The translations under genes were made by a program, and so were the position numbers. From Escherichia coli (GTDB lineage Bacteria; Pseudomonadota; Gammaproteobacteria; Enterobacterales; Enterobacteriaceae): DNA of 13,955 nucleotides. Every line of letters begins with the position of its first letter. Position 1 is the first letter of the stretch. Below the pieces are notes generated by a model. The model made no database searches. It was not told where the DNA came from and saw only the letters and a program-made list of their open reading frames with translations. Below, piece after piece: positions 7,315-13,955 of this stretch. Location of the stretch: the NCBI RefSeq assembly GCF_003334765.1, contig NZ_QOWT01000055.1. One strand, given 5' to 3'.

Positions 7315-7450
7315 TTATTTATTGGTGAGAACTACGTTCCATGGCAGGAGTTCGTCAACACGGTTGGAGGGCCATTCCGGCAGTATGCTCAGAATATGGC
7401 GCAGATACGCTTCCGGATCGATACCGTTCAGACGGCAGGTGCCTGCTTTT
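7315..7450 (-). mobile_element. C-terminal remnant of an IS66-family transposase
   Basis: The minus-strand translation ...GTCRLNGIDPEAYLRHILSILPEWPSNRVDELLPWNVVLTNK* ends at the TAA at 7317-7315. This is the characteristic C-terminus of IS66-family TnpC proteins. The upstream boundary is approximate. Confidence 0.7.
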
Positions 7451-7469
7451 CCGGCAACAAGCAGGAATC

Positions 7470-7697
7470 TCAGCGCTGAAGCAGGAATTAGAGGTAAAAA
7501 CGCCCTACCGGGCCATGAATCACCCGGTCATTGGAGTAGTAACCAAAGCAGATTTAGCCAGCATGGAACAAATATCTTTGGTGAAAAGTTGGTTACGGGA
7601 AGCTGGAGCGCACAACGTGTTAGTAACCAGTGCAGTTAATAACAATGGAGTTACAGAACTTTTTGCCTTGCTGCATACAGAAGAAGGCTGTTGTTAA
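7470..7697 (+). pseudogene. yoeF: C-terminal fragment of a EutP/PduV-family GTPase (yoeF-like pseudogene)
   Basis: The translation ...YRAMNHPVIGVVTKADLASMEQISLVKSWLREAGAHNVLVTSAVNNNGVTELFALL... resembles the C-terminal half of PduV/EutP. No P-loop N-terminus is present. The upstream part of the 118-aa ORF is antisense to the IS66 remnant. The start coordinate is approximate. Confidence 0.65.
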
Positions 7698-7755
7698 TTT
7701 CGATTGGTTCTCAGATGAGAATGATGACGGTGATACACAGATAAGAATCAATGAG

Positions 7756-7784
7756 CAATGAGGGTTGCCGGGCAACCCTCATTG
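7756..7784. terminator. Perfect 14-bp inverted repeat between convergent yoeF-like fragment and yeeX; probable bidirectional terminator/stem-loop
   Basis: CAATGAGGGTTGCC (7756-7769) and GGCAACCCTCATTG (7771-7784) are exact reverse complements. The repeat lies 14 nt downstream of the yeeX stop. No strong U-tract on either strand. Confidence 0.5.
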
Positions 7785-7797
7785 AATAAAACGGGAA

Positions 7798-8127
7798 TTA
7801 CTTCGCTTCGCCGTTTTTCATTTCGCCCATAGCTTTCAGCTTTTTGGAGATATCGCGGCGTTCTTTGGAGAGCTCGGCATTTTTGATGATGTAATCGTCA
7901 ACGCGATCTTCATAGTCACCTTTCATGCTGGCGATGATGCCCTGGATTGCTTCAACGCTCATCCCTGGCTTGATGTAATCGCTCAGGTTGTCCAGCAACA
8001 GGACGCGCTTCTGGTTGTCACGGATCTTTTTCTCAACGTCCTGAATTTCACGTTGCAGTTTGTTCTTACGACGGAACAGACGAACAAATTCCAGTACGTC
8101 CTGGAATGAAGGCTTGGTAGTTTCCAT
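7798..8127 (-). CDS. yeeX: UPF0265/DUF496 protein YeeX
   Basis: The translation [39 protein letters not shown]... (109 aa) matches K-12 YeeX. The ORF track's 131-aa version starts at an upstream ATG (8193) that I consider less likely. Confidence 0.9.
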   Translation of the reverse strand: METTKPSFQDVLEFVRLFRRKNKLQREIQDVEKKIRDNQKRVLLLDNLSDYIKPGMSVEAIQGIIASMKGDYEDRVDDYIIKNAELSKERRDISKKLKAMGEMKNGEAK

Positions 8128-8298
8128 TTTTATACCCCTGATAATGTGAGAGTCGGATTCGTTTAAGCAACCGCTATTCGTTAGGGCCAACATTACTCAT
8201 AGCTGCCGCAGATGACAATGCTTTTATCCCTTTTCACTATCATACCCTTTATCCTTGCTGAATCGAAGCAGCAGCAAGATGATTCTGAAGTTCAGGAA

Positions 8299-9357
8299 TT
8301 ATTTGCGCAAGGCCCGGCAAATCAGATTCGATAGCAACTCAAGCTGATGTGCCGTTTCCATGTTCAGCCACACATAACCATAGATTGGTGTTTCCACAAC
8401 CTTCAGGTCATGGTGGTTATTCAGCAACTGACGCAGCTCTTCCACAGCATCGTTCAATTTTTCCGTATTGGCAAAAACCGGCTGCGGATTACCTTCGTAC
8501 AGCGCATGAACAAGGCTCAGCAGTATTTGCTGCATCATATGCTGGGTATCACGAAGTTTTTGCGCGTTCAATAACACGAAATGGCTGGGGCGCGTGGCCC
8601 AGTATGCATTGATTTGCAACTCCAGCATACAAACCAGATTGCGATTAATGGTCTGGATACCTTCATATATCGATTTTGGAATACGGGTTTCTTTGCTGGC
8701 GGGCGCAATCAGCCCACGCATTTTCACGGCATCGGTCAGGAGTTTTTGTAGATGGCTTTCCAGACGCGGGCGTTCGAGTAAGTTCGGTGAGAATGCAGAT
8801 TGATAGACCCGATTATACTCGGTCAGACTTTTTGCCAGTTGAATGCGCCAGTGGATGAACGCCCGTTGTGGCCAGATACCGGTAAACAACATTGCCAGTA
8901 AAGAGCCGAGGATCACATCGCCGCTTCGCCATAACGCCGTATTAATTTCACCTGTCGGGGAACCAACAACAATTGCCAGCGTCACCCCAATCAATAAACC
9001 TTGATACGGTTTCTTGCCCAGCGCCAGCCAACCGCAAAGAAACATAGCCGCCGCGCACCAGACTAACATCAGCGGTAACGAGATTAACTCCAGTTGCAGA
9101 GCGATAAGACCTAAAATCGACCCCAACACCGTACCGCCAATACGTTCGAATGCGCGAGGGACAACGTTCCCCCAGAACGAGATTGGCCCCATAATCACCA
9201 CCATGGTGACCAGCGGCCAGGTGCTTTCCGGGATAGTAAACAGGCGGATAATGAGAAAAGTGAGCAGGAATGCCAGCGCGACCCGAGTACCATGCACAAT
9301 GCGGTAATGGCGGTATACCCGGATTTCAAACGGGCTTAATGACTTATCGGCACGCAC
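8299..9357 (-). CDS. yeeA: FUSC-family inner membrane protein YeeA
   Basis: 352-aa ORF (MRADKSLSPFEIRVYRHYRIVHGTRVALAFLLTF...). Length and sequence match K-12 YeeA as recalled. It has multiple hydrophobic segments in the N-terminal half. Confidence 0.92.
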   Translation of the reverse strand: MRADKSLSPFEIRVYRHYRIVHGTRVALAFLLTFLIIRLFTIPESTWPLVTMVVIMGPISFWGNVVPRAFERIGGTVLGSILGLIALQLELISLPLMLVWCAAAMFLCGWLALGKKPYQGLLIGVTLAIVVGSPTGEINTALWRSGDVILGSLLAMLFTGIWPQRAFIHWRIQLAKSLTEYNRVYQSAFSPNLLERPRLESHLQKLLTDAVKMRGLIAPASKETRIPKSIYEGIQTINRNLVCMLELQINAYWATRPSHFVLLNAQKLRDTQHMMQQILLSLVHALYEGNPQPVFANTEKLNDAVEELRQLLNNHHDLKVVETPIYGYVWLNMETAHQLELLSNLICRALRK

Positions 9358-9554
9358 GCAGAAACTCCGTAATGAAGATTAAAAGCGCTCATAACTCATC
9401 TGTCGGCCAGAAGGCGCGCCTCTGAATTATCCGACGGACAAACCGGGAACAGTGTAATTTCCCGGCAGGAGCGAAAAAATTGAAAGGCGCATCTTACTCT
9501 TTTCGCTTTCAAAAAAAGAGTGGTCTTCGCGTCAACACACCGCCCTGAGATGAA

Positions 9555-10028
9555 TTAGTGATGTTTTGGCTGCACCGCAACATACATTTCGATATCCCAG
9601 TACCCATCTTCCGCGCCATTGTTCAAGTAAACCTCGAAGCAGGGCTTTGGTAACATTTCATAAGCACTGTCCTGCAAGAGGCTATTAAAGAACTGATACC
9701 AGGGTTTAGCAAAATCATCACCGACTACACGAGCCACCGCCACCGCATATTGACCACCTGAAATTTCTGTCAGAATGACGCCCTCACTGTTTTCGGGGAG
9801 CGTAAAGTTATTCGGTACCGTCACGACGGTGTCGCAGCGTAATTTTTCGGCGGGTGTTTCATCCGGATTGTCGTAATAGACAGCAACCCACTCCTTCGGC
9901 ACAATATTTTTGCTATCTACCCACATCATCAACTGCTCAAAACCTTTCTTTACCGTCTGTTCCCACGGGCCAACGAGATGGAAACCTGCAACGGTACGTT
10001 TATCTTCCTGCTTAATCTCGTAGTTCAT
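9555..10028 (-). CDS. sbmC: DNA gyrase inhibitor SbmC (GyrI)
   Basis: 157-aa ORF ([37 protein letters not shown]...) matching K-12 SbmC. A LexA box lies immediately upstream. Confidence 0.95.
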   Translation of the reverse strand: MNYEIKQEDKRTVAGFHLVGPWEQTVKKGFEQLMMWVDSKNIVPKEWVAVYYDNPDETPAEKLRCDTVVTVPNNFTLPENSEGVILTEISGGQYAVAVARVVGDDFAKPWYQFFNSLLQDSAYEMLPKPCFEVYLNNGAEDGYWDIEMYVAVQPKHH

Positions 10029-10042
10029 GACGCCTCCATTAT

Positions 10043-10062
10043 TACTGTTTTTATATACAGTA
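10043..10062. promoter_or_regulatory. LexA (SOS) box upstream of sbmC
   Basis: TACTGTTTTTATATACAGTA fits TACTG-N10-CAGTA (CTG-N10-CAG) perfectly. It lies 15-34 bp upstream of the sbmC start codon. sbmC is a known SOS-induced gene. Confidence 0.85.
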
Positions 10063-10146
10063 TAGTTGCAATATTAAAACCACAAGGAATGAGTGTTGAT
10101 TATGCGAGCAGACTCGCACTCCTGCCAGTCTGCTGCAAAAGAAAGG

Positions 10147-11319
10147 TCAGGCCTTATGGTGGAAATAATCACTCAGGCGAGAAAACATGCTGCCTTCCCC
10201 GACAGATTCCAGGGTAACCAGCGGCCAGTGCGCCACCTGTTTATCACGGTCGTAAAGTTCAATTTCCCCTACCCGCTGATGGGCGCTAATTGGCGCGGTG
10301 AGCTCTTTACCATTAAGGGTATATTTGGCTTTGATATGTGGAATTTCGGCTTTCGGTAGCACCATCCAGAACTCTTGTTCCGTTCCCAGGGCGATATTTT
10401 CTTTATCACCATACCAGATGCGTTCCGTACCGACCTTTTTCCTACGGTGCAAAATTTGCACCGTAGTAAAGTTTTGTTGCCCCCAACGCAGTAATTTTTT
10501 TGCCTCTTCCTCACGACCTTTTGCGCTGTCAGCACCCATTACCACTGCAATGAGGCGACGCTGCCCGTCTACAGCCGAAGCAATAAGATTAAACCCGGCA
10601 CCAGAAGTATGGCCCGTTTTCAGGCCGTCAACATTCATGGTCTTATCCCACAATAACCCGTTACGGTTTTGCTGGGTGATACCGTTCCAGGTGAGGCTTT
10701 TCTCACTGTACATATGATAAAACTCGGGCTCGCCGTGGATGATAGCGCGAGAAAGCACGGCTAAATCATAAGCCGAGCTATGCTGGCCAGGTGCATCCAG
10801 ACCATGCACTGTTTCAAAATGCGTATCCTTGAGATGCAGCTTCTCGGCATAGTTGTTCATCATTTCAACAAACTGCCGTTGCCCACCGGCAATATAGTCA
10901 GCCAGAGCAACACACGCGTCATTTCCGGAATCCACAATTAAACCTCGGCTTAAATCACGTACCGATACGCGATCGCCCTCTTTCAAAAACATCAGTGAAG
11001 AACCGACAAACACCGGATTATCTTTCGCCCACGCATCACGCCCCACGGTGACAATATCGTCTGGCGTAATGCGATGACTATCGATAGCGCGATCCACGAC
11101 ATAGCCCGTCATCAGCTTTGTCAGGCTGGCGGGATTGCGCTGTTGATGCTCATTACCCGCGGTGAGAATCTGACCGGTGGTGTAATCCATCAATACCCAG
11201 GACTCGGCATGAATCTCTGGAGGCTGAGGTGAAAAAGGAATGTTTTCCGCCGCAAAACCAGACGATAAATTAAAAACGAACAAAGAAGCAGCAATAATAA
11301 GACGGCGTTTCAACAGCAA
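10147..11319 (-). CDS. dacD: D-alanyl-D-alanine carboxypeptidase DacD (PBP6b)
   Basis: The ORF has a signal peptide (MLLKRRLIIAASLFVFNLSSGFA) and the SxxK (SLTK), SxN (SGND) and KTG (KTGHT) motifs. The ORF-track start is a TTG at 11319. The sequence matches K-12 DacD as recalled. Confidence 0.93.
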   Translation of the reverse strand: MLLKRRLIIAASLFVFNLSSGFAAENIPFSPQPPEIHAESWVLMDYTTGQILTAGNEHQQRNPASLTKLMTGYVVDRAIDSHRITPDDIVTVGRDAWAKDNPVFVGSSLMFLKEGDRVSVRDLSRGLIVDSGNDACVALADYIAGGQRQFVEMMNNYAEKLHLKDTHFETVHGLDAPGQHSSAYDLAVLSRAIIHGEPEFYHMYSEKSLTWNGITQQNRNGLLWDKTMNVDGLKTGHTSGAGFNLIASAVDGQRRLIAVVMGADSAKGREEEAKKLLRWGQQNFTTVQILHRRKKVGTERIWYGDKENIALGTEQEFWMVLPKAEIPHIKAKYTLNGKELTAPISAHQRVGEIELYDRDKQVAHWPLVTLESVGEGSMFSRLSDYFHHKA

Positions 11320-11521
11320 ACCCTCAGGTGTTTCAAATAGCTGTTCTTTTTACGGAAATACTTATGAACTGGCTGGAATAAAGTGCAAGAAAATGTGACT
11401 ACTACCTCATTTTTATCTGACATGATCTGTTGCCACTCGCTGCCAAATTGTCGCGCTAAAGCTGATTAGCACGGTGATATTTGATACTCTGGCAGACAGC
11501 AGAAATAACGGATTTAACCTA

Positions 11522-11570
11522 ATGATGAATGACGGTAAGCAACAATCTACCTTTTTGTTTCACGATTACG
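11522..11570 (+). pseudogene. sbcB: 5' stump of sbcB (exonuclease I), truncated after codon 16 by an insertion
   Basis: ATGATGAATGACGGTAAGCAACAATCTACCTTTTTGTTTCACGATTACG encodes MMNDGKQQSTFLFHDY, the N-terminus of K-12 SbcB. The expected continuation ETFG... is replaced by AQYP and a TGA at 11582-11584. The divergent position relative to dacD is as in K-12. Confidence 0.85.
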
Positions 11571-11624
11571 CGCAATACCCCTGAGAACCGCCATGAACAA
11601 GGGTTTCATGATTTGTGATTTTAG

Positions 11625-11648
11625 TTTGGTACGCAATTTGGTACGCAA
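11625..11648. repeat. Tandem direct repeat 2 x TTTGGTACGCAA
   Basis: Exact 12-bp units at 11625-11636 and 11637-11648, about 55 bp inside the foreign DNA from the sbcB junction. Confidence 0.9.
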
Positions 11649-11887
11649 CACTATTTTCACTTCAGCGGGTAGTCATCAAACTCACCATAACGAGCATCGT
11701 TGATGATGTATGCGATCACCACAAATATCACATCTGGACTAGTTCCGTCTTCATGCGCAGGTATCTGTTCACGCCTCCCTTTCTGCAAATCCTAAAGATG
11801 AGATTTTGGGGTTTTGGGATATCTTTTTCTCCTCAGTTCTCTATCCATTCTACAAAGCAGTAATGAACCATCACTATGTGAAAGTGA

Positions 11888-11959
11888 GGCATCCGCTACA
11901 TTAAGCGCAGAGAAATGATGCAGTGGTGGGCGGACTGGCTTGATGAAAAGGTGGAGTGA
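11888..11959 (+). pseudogene. 3' remnant of a P4-type (IntA/IntS-like) tyrosine integrase
   Basis: The in-frame translation GIRYIKRREMMQWWADWLDEKVE* carries the RR.MMQ.WADYLD C-terminal signature of P4-family integrases. An in-frame TGA lies immediately upstream (11885-11887). No catalytic domain is present. Confidence 0.6.
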
Positions 11960-12411
11960 ACCACCTTAGCTATCGAATGACACAAAGCCTTGTAATCCAG
12001 TGCAAAGTCTTGTGTGCCTCAGTTTTGTCTAAGCGTTCTACTGAAACATAGTAAAATCGATAACGGCTGGAGATCATTCAATATCCGCACTATTGACTCC
12101 CCTCCAATAAACCGTGTAACGTACACCGTTTATAAGACAACCAAACAATAATAGAGCGAGTGAAATCATCAGTCTCAAATACCATTTATTGACGCAATAC
12201 TATCCAGTTCTGAACTAAATGACATAATTCGGTAATTAAATTAATGCATCGACATACCTTATAGATACGCCCCAATAATATAATGCTAATCCTCTTTGAA
12301 TAGAAAACGTTCAATACTCCTCACTAAATAGCATAGTATTTATATCTTCCCTTACAAAAAAAATTAAGGCATAATAATAAGCTTCCTTTAACGCTAGATA
12401 TTGAGGTTTGT

Positions 12412-12540
12412 ATGTATCGCAGCATCGCAGCATTTAACACATTTTGCTTTTCATTGGTATTTATTTCATTAGCAAATGATATATATTACCAATTAAAACA
12501 CTCGTCATCTCTCAATACATATATTTCCTATGCATTTTGA
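12412..12540 (+). CDS. 42-codon ORF with one hydrophobic segment, in the same frame as the downstream 359-aa gene (possible severed N-terminus)
   Basis: GAGG at 12403-12406 lies 5 nt before the ATG. The translation is MYRSIAAFNTFCFSLVFISLANDIYYQLKHSSSLNTYISYAF*, with TGA at 12538-12540. Only three sense codons (GGG ATT GCC) separate that stop from the ATG at 12550, in the same reading frame. Confidence 0.35.
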   Translation: MYRSIAAFNTFCFSLVFISLANDIYYQLKHSSSLNTYISYAF

Positions 12541-12549
12541 GGGATTGCC

Positions 12550-13629
12550 ATGACATACAATACTATATTCAAAATATACATCTCAATTTTCATTTCTGTT
12601 ATTGTCACTATAATAGCCATATCCGGTATAACATTCCTGGGGGACAACTGGATTATTCCAGACACATATCATCTATTTAATACTGCAAAATATGATACCA
12701 CATTTTCACTCAGCGATATTTATTCCCAGCATAAAACATCTGTTTTATTTCTCTTTATAAACAAAGTGCTCTATAGCATAGGGTTATATTCTTTCTGTAT
12801 CGCGAACACAGCAATGATTATCTATGCTTTTTTCAAACATCACGAAGACCGTAGATTTTGTTTTGTGTTTTTGGTTTTGTCACCTCTATTTTTCATTAAT
12901 ATACCGTTACCATCCAAAGATATAATGGTGACATTTCTTTTTTGCATATGGGTATATGCAGTTTACTCTGAGGCAAGCCTGACAAAAACAATCCTGCTGT
13001 CTTTAATCATCCTATTAGTTAGAGATGGCTTTGGGATAATTTTAATTGCCACTTCAATTATCTTAAAACAAAAGATAATATATAAAGCACCAATACTACT
13101 GATTATAATAGCAACTCTCATCGCATCTTTAATATCGGATGTTTTGCCTAACTATGCAAATGACTTTTTTCTGTTCCAGAGAGTAATTGATATAGCCAAT
13201 GAATATAATAGTTCAAGTTATATTCTTCGTATATTTGGGAATGTAACAAATTTCTCATCACGCAACCCATTGATTACTGATAAGTCCACATTAAACATTA
13301 CATTTATGTGCTATACAATCACGGGAGTTACTATATTGAGTACATTCCTTCTTTCAATTAAAGCAATACGTTCAAATTATAAAAGTGATGTCAGAATATC
13401 ATTTTGTTATTTTTTAATTACCATTGCTTTTTCTATTTCACCACTTATTCAAGCAAGATACATGGCTCCGTTAATTTTAATGCCGACATTTTATAAGTGT
13501 ATTTCAAAAAAAGATGTCTTTATTTGCTATATGGCAAGCATATTTATCTCAATAATATTATCATTATTATATGTATATTTAGGTGTTTACCCTGAAAAAG
13601 CACCAGTGGAAAACTTTACAATAAATTAA
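12550..13629 (+). CDS. Polytopic inner-membrane protein (about 10-12 predicted TM segments), function unknown; Wzy/EpsG-like or GT-C/GtrC-like surface-polysaccharide enzyme is a hypothesis
   Basis: An uninterrupted 359-codon ORF in very AT-rich DNA, where random stops are frequent. GAGGGA at 12539-12544 lies 5 nt before the ATG. Hydrophobic stretches alternate with short charged loops, plus two larger loops (aa ~31-64 and ~200-250). No acyltransferase-3 N-terminal motif was seen. Confidence 0.8.
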   Translation: MTYNTIFKIYISIFISVIVTIIAISGITFLGDNWIIPDTYHLFNTAKYDTTFSLSDIYSQHKTSVLFLFINKVLYSIGLYSFCIANTAMIIYAFFKHHEDRRFCFVFLVLSPLFFINIPLPSKDIMVTFLFCIWVYAVYSEASLTKTILLSLIILLVRDGFGIILIATSIILKQKIIYKAPILLIIIATLIASLISDVLPNYANDFFLFQRVIDIANEYNSSSYILRIFGNVTNFSSRNPLITDKSTLNITFMCYTITGVTILSTFLLSIKAIRSNYKSDVRISFCYFLITIAFSISPLIQARYMAPLILMPTFYKCISKKDVFICYMASIFISIILSLLYVYLGVYPEKAPVENFTIN

Positions 13630-13646
13630 CAAGAGAAAACCACCTA

Positions 13647-13696
13647 TGGCACCATCTCACAATAATAATATGATAAACATATTAGAGATGGTGCTA
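13647..13696. terminator. Stem-loop between convergent genes (possible shared terminator)
   Basis: GCACCATCTC (13649-13658) and GAGATGGTGC (13685-13694) are exact reverse complements, extendable by T-A and G-T pairs. The loop is 26 nt and AT-rich. No clear U-tract. Confidence 0.35.
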
Positions 13697-13747
13697 CTCC
13701 GAGCCACCCACAAGCAACACATTGAATTTATTCCAAAATAATTCATC

Positions 13748-13955
13748 TTATACTTCATAAAGGGCAGGCCAGATGACATCAGGCGCGGTGCTGGTATCTG
13801 TTGCCGCCACCGCGTCAATGTAATCCAGCACAGCGTTAAGCCGGGTGGTTTCTGCCTGCGTCAGCTTCCGCCCGGCCTGTAATTTCAGCTGAATCAGACT
13901 GATGGAAGCCATTGCAGCATCAATCAGCGACTGGCGCTTTACTTCTGCCGCGTCT
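13748..13955 (-). CDS. Phage tail fibre assembly protein (Tfa family), C-terminal 68 aa (5' end outside the window)
   Basis: The minus-strand translation is DAAEVKRQSLIDAAMASISLIQLKLQAGRKLTQAETTRLNAVLDYIDAVAATDTSTAPDVIWPALYEV*, with stop at 13750-13748. The ...L..W..Y...L..VDTSTAPDI.WP ending is the hallmark of TfaE/TfaQ-type chaperones. Confidence 0.8.
   Translation of the reverse strand, partial: DAAEVKRQSLIDAAMASISLIQLKLQAGRKLTQAETTRLNAVLDYIDAVAATDTSTAPDVIWPALYEV

Noticed and set aside
7322-7470. N-terminal parts of the 105-aa and 118-aa plus-strand ORFs
   Set aside because: This stretch is the reverse complement of a clear IS66 transposase C-terminus. The plus-strand reading is fortuitous.
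9480-9535. Stem-loop ACTCTTTT...AAAAGAGT between sbmC and yeeA as an sbmC terminator
   Set aside because: An 8-bp AT-rich stem without a U-tract on the relevant (minus) strand. Alternative pairings exist. Too weak to call.
10093-10717. Plus-strand ORFs of 79-139 aa overlapping sbmC upstream region and dacD
   Set aside because: They are antisense to dacD, which has the SxxK/SxN/KTG motifs and a signal peptide. Nothing supports them as genes.
11615-11863. 82-aa plus-strand ORF in the region between the sbcB junction and the integrase remnant
   Set aside because: It has no ribosome-binding site. The translation is unusual (W/Y/F-rich with no motifs). It spans the tandem repeat and presumably decayed att/int DNA. 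More likely non-coding.
12074-12169. 31-codon minus-strand ORF MISLALLLFGC... with a lipobox-like LFGC
   Set aside because: It is very short with a weak ribosome-binding site. Phe at position -2 is atypical for a lipobox. Short ORFs like this arise easily by chance. Noted only as something a small-protein search could revisit.
1-13955. Searched by eye for tRNA/tmRNA genes at island boundaries, CRISPR repeat arrays, rRNA and intact IS elements
   Set aside because: No cloverleaf-like conserved tRNA segments were found. No regularly spaced repeats beyond the 2 x 12-bp tandem and the GATC boxes were found. No complete transposase flanked by inverted repeats was found.

Overview
By gene content and order, this window is Escherichia coli-type chromosome (recognised from memory, not searched). 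It has three parts.

(1) 1-7700: the right-hand part of a CP4-44-type genomic island. It runs YeeP-family GTPase 3' end, variable cargo, DUF932, antirestriction, RadC-like, YeeT, CbeA/CbtA type IV toxin-antitoxin, YeeW, then IS and pseudogene debris. K-12 carries flu (Ag43) and yeeR in the cargo slot. Here the slot holds a 798-aa CrfC/RdcA-like bacterial dynamin GTPase. It is translationally coupled to a 467-aa ORF that looks like an RdcB/YjcZ-like partner fused in frame to the C-terminal two thirds of a DUF932 protein. Upstream of this pair is a strong sigma70-like promoter followed directly by three CGATCGTT (GATC) boxes with OxyR-like periodicity. That is the architecture of the Dam/OxyR phase-variation switch known from agn43.

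(2) 7798-11319, minus strand: core genes yeeX, yeeA, sbmC (with a textbook LexA box) and dacD.

(3) 11522 onward: sbcB (exonuclease I) is cut off after codon 16 by a foreign, strongly AT-rich, phage-related element. That element contains a tandem 12-bp repeat, a P4-type integrase 3' remnant and a 359-aa polytopic membrane protein. The membrane protein is preceded by an in-frame 42-codon ORF that ends in TGA. A tail-fibre assembly gene converges on it at the window edge.

No tRNA, rRNA or CRISPR array was seen. The best candidate for an undescribed system is the putatively phase-variable dynamin-like GTPase module (541-4467). The second is the prophage-borne membrane protein in the position typical of lysogenic-conversion O-antigen genes.
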